Part shown: positions 8,528 to 17,903 of the stretch, piece by piece
Position numbering within the stretch: the stretch's first letter is position 1
Layout of the letters: every line of letters starts with the position of its first letter
Source of the DNA: an uncultured Eubacteriales bacterium
GTDB lineage: Bacteria; Acidobacteriota; Aminicenantia; Aminicenantales; UBA8522
NCBI GenBank assembly: GCA_964558915.1
Contig: CAZLFV010000006.1
Coordinates: 1-58,225 of the forward strand
DNA: 58,225 bases
Reading direction: 5' to 3'
Program-made: the position numbers and the translations under genes
Notes under the pieces: model-generated
Told to the model about the DNA's origin: nothing
Database searches by the model: none
Seen by the model: the letters and a program-made list of their open reading frames with translations, nothing else

Positions 8528-9328
8528 ATGAGCGCTATGAAAAAAGTGGCTTGCGTCGTGTTCATCGCCTTACTTTGCGGCATCTCTCTCTGGAACTGCA
8601 AGGCCAAAGAGGTTGTCATCGACCCTGCGGTTGCCTCCTCGGACGAAGCTCTGTTCAAGGCCGGTCAATCCTATATCAAAAAAGACCCTGAAAAAGCCCT
8701 TCTCTATTTTCGCCAGGTCATCGATTCTTTTCCCAAAAGTTTTTATGCTCAACGGGCCAAACTGGCTATCGCCGATTCCTATTTTCAAAAAAAGGACGAA
8801 GGCAGCATGATTCTCGCGGCCTCGGAATACAGAGAGTTCATCGCTCTCTACCCCTACAGTCCCTCCGCTTCGTACGCCCAATACCAGATCGGCATGGCCT
8901 CGTTCAAGAATGCCTTGAAGCCTGGCCGCGACCAGACCAAAACGACTCAGGCTCTGGCAGAATTTAAAAAGGTCGTCACCAACTATCCTCTGAGTGAAGA
9001 AGCCAAGCTGGCCCAGGAAAAAATCAACGAATGTGAGGAAAGGTTGGCCACTCAAGAATTCCTGATCGCCGTCTTCTATTACAAAAGCTATGCTCTTAAA
9101 GCGTCCACCAGCCGGTTGTCGGAGATCCTGACGAATTATCCCACCTTTAGCAGGATGGATGAAGTCTATTTCTACTTGGCTGATTCCTATTATAAATGGC
9201 GCAAAACAGCGGAGAGCGTCCCCTATTTTACAAAACTCGTCTCAGATTATCCAACCAGCATATATGCGAAGAAGGCGCAGGAGAGACTGCGCGAGATCGA
9301 AAAAACCACACCCGAGCCCAAAGAATAG
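8528..9328 (+). CDS. bamD: Outer membrane protein assembly lipoprotein BamD
   Basis: Lipoprotein signal ending LWNC, TPR helices with FP/YP-x-S motifs, RDQTKT signature. Confidence 0.88.
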   Translation: MSAMKKVACVVFIALLCGISLWNCKAKEVVIDPAVASSDEALFKAGQSYIKKDPEKALLYFRQVIDSFPKSFYAQRAKLAIADSYFQKKDEGSMILAASEYREFIALYPYSPSASYAQYQIGMASFKNALKPGRDQTKTTQALAEFKKVVTNYPLSEEAKLAQEKINECEERLATQEFLIAVFYYKSYALKASTSRLSEILTNYPTFSRMDEVYFYLADSYYKWRKTAESVPYFTKLVSDYPTSIYAKKAQERLREIEKTTPEPKE

Positions 9329-9338
9329 GGAGGCATTC

Positions 9339-10121
9339 ATGAAAAAAAGACTGCGCTGGCTGATCGTGTCTTTACTCGCGCTCGTTCTCTTTACGTCGCC
9401 GCTCGTCATTGCACAGACCCGCCCTCAGGCGGCGTCATTATCCCGCTTTCAGCCTGGACTGCGTTTTGATTATTTTTCCAGGACCGTGCGCTGGTCGAAT
9501 GACGAAACGACGTCGGAGCTCACGTCTTATATCGGGAGCCTCATCCTCGGAATCGAATTCCGGCCGAGGTTCTCCCTGGCTGCGATCCTAGGCTTTTCCT
9601 CATCGGCCTTCGATAACGTCATGTTCAGCCAGCTCCCCATTTCCATTGACTTTGGAGGCGGAGGAATCAGCAGCTATGTTTTGGGAGGTGAAATCAACGC
9701 TTGTCTCCTTTTCGGGCCGCCCTTCGGGATCGATATTGTTGGTCAGTTCCTGGCTTATTTGGGGGCTAACAAAGAATGGGACGTCCCCGGGCTGGCAGTT
9801 TCCGGCACGGTCGAAGGAAAGCAGAGCTGGATGCGCGCCTCCATCGGACCGCAATTCGTTTATCGAGAGTTCAAGGGTTTCAGCCCCTACATTTATCTGA
9901 GTTTTGATTATGTCTGGGGAACATTTACGATGAAAGAGACCATCCAGACCCTCACCGGAGAAGAGAAAAAAGAGTTCCGGGGAAAAGGAGTCTTCGGTGT
10001 CGCCCTCGGAGCCGATATTGACCTCCCCGCCAATATCCGGATCAAAGGCGAGGCGGGCGTATACCCCTTCGAGGGCGGGGTCGACTATTCGGCCGTGATC
10101 AAAGCGCTCATCTCTTTTTAG
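9339..10121 (+). CDS. Hypothetical exported protein, probable outer-membrane beta-barrel
   Basis: ATG 9339 after GGGAGG, classic signal peptide, Gly/aromatic-rich amphipathic strands, C-terminal VIKALISF. Confidence 0.75.
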   Translation: MKKRLRWLIVSLLALVLFTSPLVIAQTRPQAASLSRFQPGLRFDYFSRTVRWSNDETTSELTSYIGSLILGIEFRPRFSLAAILGFSSSAFDNVMFSQLPISIDFGGGGISSYVLGGEINACLLFGPPFGIDIVGQFLAYLGANKEWDVPGLAVSGTVEGKQSWMRASIGPQFVYREFKGFSPYIYLSFDYVWGTFTMKETIQTLTGEEKKEFRGKGVFGVALGADIDLPANIRIKGEAGVYPFEGGVDYSAVIKALISF

Positions 10122-10138
10122 TGGGTGCGGAGGATGAA

Positions 10139-11509
10139 ATGACCATCTTAAGAACCAAAAAAATAGCCCTTATTCTTCTTCTCTTGAGCCTGATTGTTAC
10201 GGCCTTCAGTTTTCAAAGGCAGAAAATGGACAGAGGCGGGCACAGCGAAGTTCGCCCCCGGCGGCGGGAAGTCCGCAGCCTCAACGGAGGCCGGCCTTTT
10301 CATGTTCAAGGGCCCCGCTTTGTTCCCGGGCAAGTCTTGGTCAAGTTCAAGCCCACCGTTCAAAACCAGCTTATTGATGCCACGGTAGCGGCCTATTCCT
10401 CTATAAAAGTCAAGAAAATCCCGCGGCTCGAAGTCTACCAGCTAAGGATTCCAGAAAATATCACGGTAGAAGAGATGGTCTATGCCTTGAATCAAAATCC
10501 GGACGTCGAGTACGCTGAGCCGAATTTCATCGTCCGGATCACCGTAACTCCGAACGATCCGCTTTTCGAATACCAGTATGCCCTTCTGAACACCGGTCAA
10601 GAGATCGGGATCCCTGGCCTCCTGGGAGGAACGGTGGGCGCTGACATCAAGGCCACAACGGCCTGGGAAGAGACCAAGGGAAGCGCTGATACCATCATTG
10701 CCTCGATCGATTCGGGCGTCGATTTTTCCCATCCTGAGCTCAAAAATAAGGTGCTTTCCCGCGGCCGAGACTTTGTCAACAACGATTTTGATGCCACGGA
10801 CGACCTCGGCCATGGAACATTCGTGGCCGGGATCGCAGCCGCCGACACCAACAATAACGAGGGGGTGGCAGGAGTAGCCTGGAATTGCAGGATCCTTCCG
10901 ATTAAGGTCATTGACGAGACGGGCTGGGGCGAGGAGAGTGCGCTCGCTGAAGGCATCATCTGGGCGGCGGACAACGGCGCTGATGTGATCAGTATCAGCC
11001 TGGGATCAGAAGATCCCTTGGATTCCGTGCGGGATGCCCTGATATATGCCCATGACAGAGGCATCGTCATCGCTGCTTCTGCAGGAAATGATGGAACTTC
11101 CGTTTTTTATCCCGCCGCCTATGACGATTATTGCTTGGCTGTGGCGGCAACGGATTATAATGACCAGCGGACGTTCTGGTCGAATTTCGGCCCGCAGGTG
11201 GACATCTCTGCACCCGGCGAGAACGTCATCGGCCCTGTGCCGAACTGGTTTTGGCAAAGCCAAGGTTACGCTGGCGAAATTCCTTATGCCATAGGCTCGG
11301 GAACATCCGCTTCCGCCCCTCATATCGCCGGAATGGCCGCCCTGCTCAAGAGCGCCAAGCCCTGGTTGACGGCCGATCAAGTCATGGATATTATCCGGTA
11401 TACGGCGGATGACGTGAATTCCGGCCAGAACAAAGGCAAAGACGATTATCTCGGGTACGGCCGGATCAACATGCAGAAGGCTCTGGTCCCGATCAAGATA
11501 TCCAAATGA
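10139..11509 (+). CDS. Secreted S8 subtilisin-like serine protease with prodomain
   Basis: Signal peptide; prodomain (PGQVLVKFK ... VEYAEPN); catalytic IDSG, HGTFVAG and GTSASAPH; oxyanion AGN. Confidence 0.93.
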   Translation: MTILRTKKIALILLLLSLIVTAFSFQRQKMDRGGHSEVRPRRREVRSLNGGRPFHVQGPRFVPGQVLVKFKPTVQNQLIDATVAAYSSIKVKKIPRLEVYQLRIPENITVEEMVYALNQNPDVEYAEPNFIVRITVTPNDPLFEYQYALLNTGQEIGIPGLLGGTVGADIKATTAWEETKGSADTIIASIDSGVDFSHPELKNKVLSRGRDFVNNDFDATDDLGHGTFVAGIAAADTNNNEGVAGVAWNCRILPIKVIDETGWGEESALAEGIIWAADNGADVISISLGSEDPLDSVRDALIYAHDRGIVIAASAGNDGTSVFYPAAYDDYCLAVAATDYNDQRTFWSNFGPQVDISAPGENVIGPVPNWFWQSQGYAGEIPYAIGSGTSASAPHIAGMAALLKSAKPWLTADQVMDIIRYTADDVNSGQNKGKDDYLGYGRINMQKALVPIKISK

Positions 11510-11516
11510 AAAGAGA

Positions 11517-13247
11517 ATGATCCATTCTCTCCGCATCAAAAACCTGGCCACCATAGAAGACCTAGAGTTAAATTTTAAAGAAGGGTTCACTATTCTCACC
11601 GGCGAGACCGGAGCGGGAAAATCAGTCATCATCGACGGAATCAAGCTCGTCCTCGGAGAAAAAGCATCCCCGGAGATGATTCGAACGGGCATGCGGGAGG
11701 CCGTCGTCGAAGCTGTTTTTGAAGTTCCTCAGGAAAAGCGCGGCTCCCGGGAATCCGGCTTTCTTGAAGAAGGCGAAATCCTCTTCCAAAGGCAGGTCTC
11801 TCAAGAAGGCCCGGGGAAGGCCTACATAAACGGAGTTCTTGTCCCGGTCAAAAAACTGAAAGAGATCAGCCCCGCTCTTATTGATATCTATGGTCAAAAT
11901 GACCATATATTTCTTTTGCAGCTCGATAACCATCTTCGGTATCTCGACCATTATCTCGGCCTGGCCGAAAAGAAAGAGGAGGTCGCCGGGCTGGCTCAAA
12001 ACCTCCGCTCCCTGCTCCGGCAAAAAAACGAGCTGGAGACAAGAAGAAGGGAAAGAGAACAGCGTCTCGATTTTCTGAACTTCCAGATCAACGAAATTGA
12101 AAGCAGCAACCTCAAGCCGGGAGAATGGGAGGAGCTCCTCACCGAAAGGAACGTGCTCCGAAACGCCGAGAAGGTCGCGGGCCTCATCGAGAAAGCCCTG
12201 GATTTGTCCTATCTTCAAGAGCATTCCATCTCGGCCCTTCTTCTCAAGCTCGGAGAAGCTGTCCGCGAGCTCAGCCGTTTTGACCCGGGATTCCAGGCTT
12301 TTGAGGAATCCCTGAATCAATCTGCGATAGCCGTGCGGGAACTCTCTGATTTCCTGATCAAGTTCAAAGAAAAACAGAATCTTGGGCCGGACAGGCTGGA
12401 GGAACTCGAGAGCCGGCTGAACCAGATCGAAAAAATGAGAAGAAAATACGGCCAGAGCATCGAGGACATCCTCCTCTACCTGACCAAAATCAAGAGGGAG
12501 CATGCCGACCTTCTTCAAAGCGAGGAAAAGCTGGCGGACCTGGCCGGGGAGATTCATCGAGCCTTTTCCGAGTACAGGACTCAGGCTGAAACCCTCAGCC
12601 GCCTGCGGAGAGAAGGTGCAAGGCATTTGGAGGCGCAGGTGGAAAAGGAGATCGCCCTGCTGGGAATGAAAAAGGCGCAGTTTCAAGTCAAGATTGAAAC
12701 GGAGCTGCTGGCACAGCTCGAAATAGAGAAGGCCCGGGACTCCGGGCTGGACAGTGTCGAGTTTCTGATTAGCCCCAACCCGGGTGAGGAACTCAGGCCG
12801 TTGCGAAAAATCGCGTCCGGAGGTGAGCTCTCCAGGATTATGCTGGCCCTGAAAACTATCGACAAAGAAAAAGCCGGGTCGAGAACGCTCATCTTTGATG
12901 AGATCGACTCCGGCATCGGCGGAAAGACGGCCGAATGCATCGCCGAAAAGCTCCGCGCACTCTCCAAGCGGCATCAGGTCGTCTGCATTACGCATCTGCC
13001 CCAGATTGCTTCCTTCGCTCCGCATCAATATAGGATCGATAAGACAATGGAAAAAGGCAGAACCTACACATCGGTCAAGGAGCTGGAGTTTGAGGAAAGA
13101 GTCCTGGAAATTTCCCGCCTCCTGTCGGGAAGCCGTATCACGCCGACCTCGCTGCAAAATGCCAGGGAAATGCTTCTCCATAACTTGAAAGAGGAGAAAG
13201 AAAATGAGTCCAATGAGCCGGGCTCAGTTCGCCGCGGCAGAGTTTAA
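11517..13247 (+). CDS. recN: DNA repair protein RecN
   Basis: TGETGAGKS Walker A, coiled coil, ASGGELSR signature, IFDEIDSG, CITHLPQ. Confidence 0.96.
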   Translation: MIHSLRIKNLATIEDLELNFKEGFTILTGETGAGKSVIIDGIKLVLGEKASPEMIRTGMREAVVEAVFEVPQEKRGSRESGFLEEGEILFQRQVSQEGPGKAYINGVLVPVKKLKEISPALIDIYGQNDHIFLLQLDNHLRYLDHYLGLAEKKEEVAGLAQNLRSLLRQKNELETRRREREQRLDFLNFQINEIESSNLKPGEWEELLTERNVLRNAEKVAGLIEKALDLSYLQEHSISALLLKLGEAVRELSRFDPGFQAFEESLNQSAIAVRELSDFLIKFKEKQNLGPDRLEELESRLNQIEKMRRKYGQSIEDILLYLTKIKREHADLLQSEEKLADLAGEIHRAFSEYRTQAETLSRLRREGARHLEAQVEKEIALLGMKKAQFQVKIETELLAQLEIEKARDSGLDSVEFLISPNPGEELRPLRKIASGGELSRIMLALKTIDKEKAGSRTLIFDEIDSGIGGKTAECIAEKLRALSKRHQVVCITHLPQIASFAPHQYRIDKTMEKGRTYTSVKELEFEERVLEISRLLSGSRITPTSLQNAREMLLHNLKEEKENESNEPGSVRRGRV

Positions 13248-13647
13248 ACGCGGGTTCAGTTGCTCTCAGGCCGTTTTTTCCGCTGTGAGCGAGGTCCTGG
13301 GACTCGACCGGCAAAAAGCTCTCCAGATCGCCCAGCCTTTCGGAGGGGGAATCGCCCAGATGGGGTTGACTTGTGGAGCTATCACCGGCGCCTTTTTAGC
13401 GATCGGGCTCAAGTACGGAAGAACGCGCCCCGAAGACGAAGACGCCAAAAAGAAAACGTACGGCCTCGTCCGTGATTTTATTCGCGAGTTCAAGGCCCGC
13501 CACGGCTCGATCGTTTGCCGCGAACTCATCGGCGTCGACCTCAGCACGCCCGAGGGACATAAACAGGCCGTCGAGCGCGGCGTCTTTGAGACCCTCTGCG
13601 CTCATTATGTCCGCGATGCCGTGGAAATACTTGAACGACTTTTATAA
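13204..13647 (+). CDS. C_GCAxxG_C_C family putative redox/metal-binding protein
   Basis: FSCSQAV, FGGG, TCGAITG, VCRELIG and LCAHYV; RBS GAGGAG lies inside the recN 3' end. Confidence 0.88.
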   Translation: MSPMSRAQFAAAEFKRGFSCSQAVFSAVSEVLGLDRQKALQIAQPFGGGIAQMGLTCGAITGAFLAIGLKYGRTRPEDEDAKKKTYGLVRDFIREFKARHGSIVCRELIGVDLSTPEGHKQAVERGVFETLCAHYVRDAVEILERLL

Positions 13648-14976
13648 ATGTCCGGCGAGCTCAAGAATCTCACTTTCTTCGTTCGGACGTTCGGCTGCCA
13701 GATGAATGAAAGCGACTCCGAACGCATCGCCGGGATCCTCTGTCGGGCTGGGGCGAAAAAAGCCGCCCGGCCTGAAGATAGCGACCTCATTATCGTCAAC
13801 ACCTGCGCCGTCCGGAAAAAAGCCGAAGAAAAGCTCTTTTCCTACCTCGGAAGGCTGGCCCAGATCAAGAAAAAGAAGCTTGTTCAGGTCGGAGTGGTGG
13901 GCTGCGTGGCCCAGCTCCGCGGCTTAGAGCTCCTGGAAAAGAAATTTGGCGTGGACTTTGTCCTGGGCCCGGACAACTACGGAGAGCTTCCCGATATACT
14001 CCGGACAAGTCCGGCCGATAAACACATCTCAACCGCCTGGTCAGCGGAATGGCACGACACGCCGCTAGACCTTGCCCTCCACGAAAGCACGGTCAGCGCT
14101 TATGTCCCGGTCATGGAAGGCTGCAATAATTTCTGCTCCTACTGCATCGTCCCGTTCACCCGGGGCCGTGAAAAATACCGTCCGCTTTCCTCAATTGTCG
14201 AGGAAGTCGAGGACCTCGGCAGAAAAGGGTTCAAGGAAATCCAACTCCTAGGCCAAAATGTTAACTCCTACAGAGACCCCCGGTCCGGCGGAAGCTTTCC
14301 TGACCTGCTCCGGGCAACATGCCGTGTGGAGCCGATCGAGTGGATTCGCTTCCTGACCTCTCATCCGAAAAATTTCACTCTTGAGATCGCCGAGACCATG
14401 GCGGCAGAGAAAAAAATTTGCCGCCAGTTGCATCTCCCCCTTCAGTCCGGGGCGACCTCGGTTTTAGAAAGAATGAGAAGGTCCTATACTCAGGAGGATT
14501 ACCTGGAAAAAATCGCATTTCTCCGCCGGCTCATGCCCGACATCAGCTTGAGCACGGACATCATCGTTGGATTCCCTGGCGAGTCAGAAAAGGACTTCGA
14601 GGAGAGCCTCGCCGTCCTGCGCGAGGTCCGCTTTACCAACATTTTTTCCTTTCGCTACTCTCCCCGGCCGCTGACCCGGGCGTCAGAGTTTAAAGACGAT
14701 GTCCCCGGGGAAGAGAAGAGCAGACGGCTGGCTGAGGTCCAGGCACTCCAAAAACAAATCCAGCTCGAAAATCACGGCCGCAAGGTCGGGAGCGTTATCA
14801 AAGTCCTGTGTCTGGGCCCGGCCAAAAAAACGCCCCATCTCTATTCGGGCCGGGACGAAGGCTATGAGGTGGTTAATTTTCAGTCCGCAGACGACTGCAG
14901 CGGAAGCTTCGTCAATGTGCGGGTCACTGGCTTCGGTCCGTACAGTCTTTACGGAGAGAGAATTCCTGTCTCATAA
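13648..14976 (+). CDS. miaB: tRNA-2-methylthio-N6-dimethylallyladenosine synthase
   Basis: TFGCQMN, NTCAVR, GCVAQ, radical SAM CNNFCSYC, LLGQNVNSY, STDIIVGFPGE, C-terminal TRAM domain. Confidence 0.95.
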   Translation: MSGELKNLTFFVRTFGCQMNESDSERIAGILCRAGAKKAARPEDSDLIIVNTCAVRKKAEEKLFSYLGRLAQIKKKKLVQVGVVGCVAQLRGLELLEKKFGVDFVLGPDNYGELPDILRTSPADKHISTAWSAEWHDTPLDLALHESTVSAYVPVMEGCNNFCSYCIVPFTRGREKYRPLSSIVEEVEDLGRKGFKEIQLLGQNVNSYRDPRSGGSFPDLLRATCRVEPIEWIRFLTSHPKNFTLEIAETMAAEKKICRQLHLPLQSGATSVLERMRRSYTQEDYLEKIAFLRRLMPDISLSTDIIVGFPGESEKDFEESLAVLREVRFTNIFSFRYSPRPLTRASEFKDDVPGEEKSRRLAEVQALQKQIQLENHGRKVGSVIKVLCLGPAKKTPHLYSGRDEGYEVVNFQSADDCSGSFVNVRVTGFGPYSLYGERIPVS

Positions 14977-15301
14977 ATTCTCTGTATTCCTTATAAGATA
15001 CGCGTTGCAGAAACCATCTCTGCAAAACCTTTCCCTCAAGGCCATCCACCATGATATGCGCAATATTGAGGAGCGGCGGTCTGGCCTTGAGAGAAGGCCC
15101 TGGTTTCTCTATGATGACAACGTGCCAGGAAAGGCAGCCCCCGGCCTTGTGCAGCCACCGCTTTGTCACAATTTCAGGCCTGTGCTCGGGAATCTTAAAC
15201 GCAGACCTCAAAAAACGGGCCGTCAGGGGGTCTTCCAAAGCAAGGAAGAGGACTTGCTCAGGACTCAGCCCTTCAGGACTTTGGGGTTGAACGGTCTTCA
15301 T
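14924..15301 (-). CDS. Hypothetical protein with a PepSY-like pattern
   Basis: Fills an otherwise empty ~330-bp gap; AAGGTG upstream of ATG; LSPEQVLFLAL ... WHVVI ... IMVDGLEGKVL. Overlaps the miaB end by 53 bp. Confidence 0.55.
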   Translation of the reverse strand: MKTVQPQSPEGLSPEQVLFLALEDPLTARFLRSAFKIPEHRPEIVTKRWLHKAGGCLSWHVVIIEKPGPSLKARPPLLNIAHIMVDGLEGKVLQRWFLQRVSYKEYREFMRQEFSLRKDCTDRSQ

Positions 15302-15392
15302 GGGCTTTGATTCACCTTATTTAATTTTAACGCTTCGGACCTCCCTTTTTTCTCACTGAGGAGCGGATTTTTGGATAATCGCGCCTGTGATT

Positions 15393-15421
15393 TTGCAATT
15401 TGGCCCGTTTTATGGTATACA
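15393..15421 (+). promoter_or_regulatory. Sigma70-like promoter for hppA
   Basis: TTGCAA-17 bp-TATACA with TG extension. Confidence 0.45.
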
Positions 15422-15518
15422 AGCTGTTCAAAATTTCCCGGAAAAGGGAATTATTTTTTCACTCTTGCGCTTGCCTCAAAAGGTTCACGGTAAGAAGCGC
15501 CAAGCAAGGAGACAGTAA

Positions 15519-17807
15519 ATGTTAGGAGCGACTCCTTTTGAGACAGTAGCCCTGTGGGCAGTATTATTCATTGCACTTTTGGGCTTGGGCTATGCCCTGT
15601 TCCTCAGGCGTCAAATCATGTCCGAAGACAAGGGGACGCTCAAAATGATCGAAGTCTGGGAAGCGATCAAACAGGGCGCCGAGGCCTACCTCACAAGACA
15701 ACTGAAGACCATCCTGCCATTGATCATCATCCTGACCGTGGCACTCTTTTTCAGCGTTTATATCGCTCCACCCTCCTCGGAGGCGCTTGAACGATTCTCT
15801 GGCCTGAGTCCCGATCAGGTCAAGATCGTCATCGGGTTTGGAAGGGCGGCCGCGTTTATTTTGGGCGCCCTTTTTTCTTTAATGGTCGGACAGTTCGGGA
15901 TGCGTATGGCTATCCAGGGGAATGTCAGGGTGGCAGCGGCTGCCCGAACGAGCTTTGACAGGGCACTGAAAATCGCCTACCGGGCCGGGACGATCACCGG
16001 GATGCTGACCGACGGTCTCGGCCTGCTTGGGGGCACGGTCATTTTTATGATCTTCCAGAAGGCTGCGCCCGACGCCCTGCTCGGGTTCGGGTTCGGGGGG
16101 ACCTTGCTCGCCCTGTTTATGCGGGTGGGCGGAGGAATCTATACAAAAGCGGCCGACGTGGGCGCCGACCTTGTCGGCAAGGTGGAAGCTGGCATCCCGG
16201 AAGACGACCCCAGGAATGCGGCTGTCGTGGCCGACCTTGTCGGCGATAATGTCGGCGACTGCGCCGGGATGGCCGCAGACATATTTGAAAGCTATGAGGT
16301 CACGATCGTCTCAGGCTTGATCCTGGGCTTGGCGCTGGTCCAGATCACAGGCCAGGTTAAGTGGATCATCTTTCCGTTGCTCGTCAGAGGAATCGGCGTT
16401 TTCTCTTCGATCGTCGGGACCTATCAGGTTCGAGGGAAAAAAGCTGAAAAGCGGGGCAACGCTATGGCCGGCATCAACAGGGGTTTTTATACGTCCGCAG
16501 CCCTATGCTTTGTCGCCTTCGCCTTCTTGGCTCATTTTTACATGAATGAATGGCGGGCTTTTCTTTCGGTTGGGGTGGGAATCATCCTGGCCATCGCCAT
16601 CGACGAGCTAACCAAGTACTTTACGGATACGCATCACGCTCCGGTCAAAGAAATCGCCAAGTCCTCGCGCACCGGACCCGCCACTGTTCTCCTGTCTGGC
16701 CTCTCGGTCGGGATGGAATCGACCGTGTGGGCCATCCTGGTCATCGCTGCAACCATTCTCTCTGCCCTCGTTATTTATTGGGGCCAACCCGTCGCTTACG
16801 TCCTCTACGGTGTGGCCATGACGGGAATCGGCATGCTGACCTTGACAGGAAATAACGTGGCCATGGATTCGTTCGGCCCGATATCGGACAACGCCAACGG
16901 GATCGGAGAGATGGCCGGGTTGGAAAAAGACGCCCGCCAGATCATGGCCGACCTAGATGCCGTGGGCAACACAACCAAAGCGATTACAAAGGGCGTGGCT
17001 ATCGGGTCGGCAGTCATCGCGGCCGTTTCATTGTTTGGCTCCTTTATGACCGACGTTACCAAAGTCCAGGCCCAACTCAACATCCCCGAGGCCACGCATC
17101 TGCTCAACACCGGAATCCGCGTCTCGATGCCCATGGTTCTGATCGGGATGCTCATCGGCGGTGCTGTACCCTGGCTTTTCTCCTCACTTACCATCAATTC
17201 CGTCGCACGGGCTGCTTCTCTCATCGTCATGGAAGTGCGCCGCCAGTTCAAAATTCCCGGCCTCATGGAAGGGAGAGTTAAGCCGGACTACAAGAAAGCA
17301 GTCAGCATCTGCACAGTAGCGGCGCAAAAAGAACTTGTGGGCCTCGCCCTCCTGGCAGTGCTCACGCCCCTCATTGTCGGCCTGACACTTCAGGTTGAAG
17401 CGCTGGGCGGATTCCTGGCCGGTGTGATCCTCAGCGGGCAGCTTCTGGCCGTTTTTATGGCTAACGCGGGAGGTGCCTGGGACAACGCCAAAAAAACAAT
17501 CGAAGACGGGCTCTATGGAGGAAAAGGCTCCGACAGCCATAAAGCAGGCGTTGTGGGCGATACCGTCGGCGACCCGCTCAAAGATACGTCCGGCCCAGCC
17601 CTCAACCCGATGATCAAGGTGATCAACCTCGTCTCCGTGCTTGCCGCCCCCATCATCATCCAGTACCGCAAATTGAGCTGGGGAGTGGCCATATTCGTCG
17701 CCGTGGCCCTCGTCGCTGCCATCATCTCGATTTGGTATTCCAAGCGTTCGGGAGAAAAAGAGTTTCACGAAGTCGAGGAGGCCATCGTCCCCGGCGCAAA
17801 GGAATAG
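15519..17807 (+). CDS. hppA: Membrane-bound ion-translocating pyrophosphatase, K+-independent type
   Basis: DVGADLVGKVE, EDDPRN, DNVGDCAG, GDTVGDPLKD. GNTTKA has Lys at the K+-dependence position. Confidence 0.96.
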   Translation: MLGATPFETVALWAVLFIALLGLGYALFLRRQIMSEDKGTLKMIEVWEAIKQGAEAYLTRQLKTILPLIIILTVALFFSVYIAPPSSEALERFSGLSPDQVKIVIGFGRAAAFILGALFSLMVGQFGMRMAIQGNVRVAAAARTSFDRALKIAYRAGTITGMLTDGLGLLGGTVIFMIFQKAAPDALLGFGFGGTLLALFMRVGGGIYTKAADVGADLVGKVEAGIPEDDPRNAAVVADLVGDNVGDCAGMAADIFESYEVTIVSGLILGLALVQITGQVKWIIFPLLVRGIGVFSSIVGTYQVRGKKAEKRGNAMAGINRGFYTSAALCFVAFAFLAHFYMNEWRAFLSVGVGIILAIAIDELTKYFTDTHHAPVKEIAKSSRTGPATVLLSGLSVGMESTVWAILVIAATILSALVIYWGQPVAYVLYGVAMTGIGMLTLTGNNVAMDSFGPISDNANGIGEMAGLEKDARQIMADLDAVGNTTKAITKGVAIGSAVIAAVSLFGSFMTDVTKVQAQLNIPEATHLLNTGIRVSMPMVLIGMLIGGAVPWLFSSLTINSVARAASLIVMEVRRQFKIPGLMEGRVKPDYKKAVSICTVAAQKELVGLALLAVLTPLIVGLTLQVEALGGFLAGVILSGQLLAVFMANAGGAWDNAKKTIEDGLYGGKGSDSHKAGVVGDTVGDPLKDTSGPALNPMIKVINLVSVLAAPIIIQYRKLSWGVAIFVAVALVAAIISIWYSKRSGEKEFHEVEEAIVPGAKE

Positions 17808-17833
17808 TCAACCGGCCTGGCCGTCCTTCTCGT

Positions 17834-17862
17834 TTGCTATTGTCTCTCATTTCAGATATAAT
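17834..17862 (+). promoter_or_regulatory. Sigma70-like promoter for the nusA operon
   Basis: TTGCTA-17 bp-TATAAT, ~40 bp before the nusA start. Confidence 0.6.
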
Positions 17863-17903
17863 TCGCTCCCTTATTCGTCCTCATCCTGGTTGAGGCAAAG
17901 ACG

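Noticed and set aside
11622-13181. 519-aa ORF antisense to recN (and similar shadows of infB, icd, mdh and others)
   Set aside because: Shadow frames of well-conserved genes.
14699-15310. 203-aa plus-strand ORF overlapping the miaB end, as a possible frameshift extension
   Set aside because: miaB is complete through its TRAM domain, and the gap is better explained by the minus-strand ORF 14924-15301.
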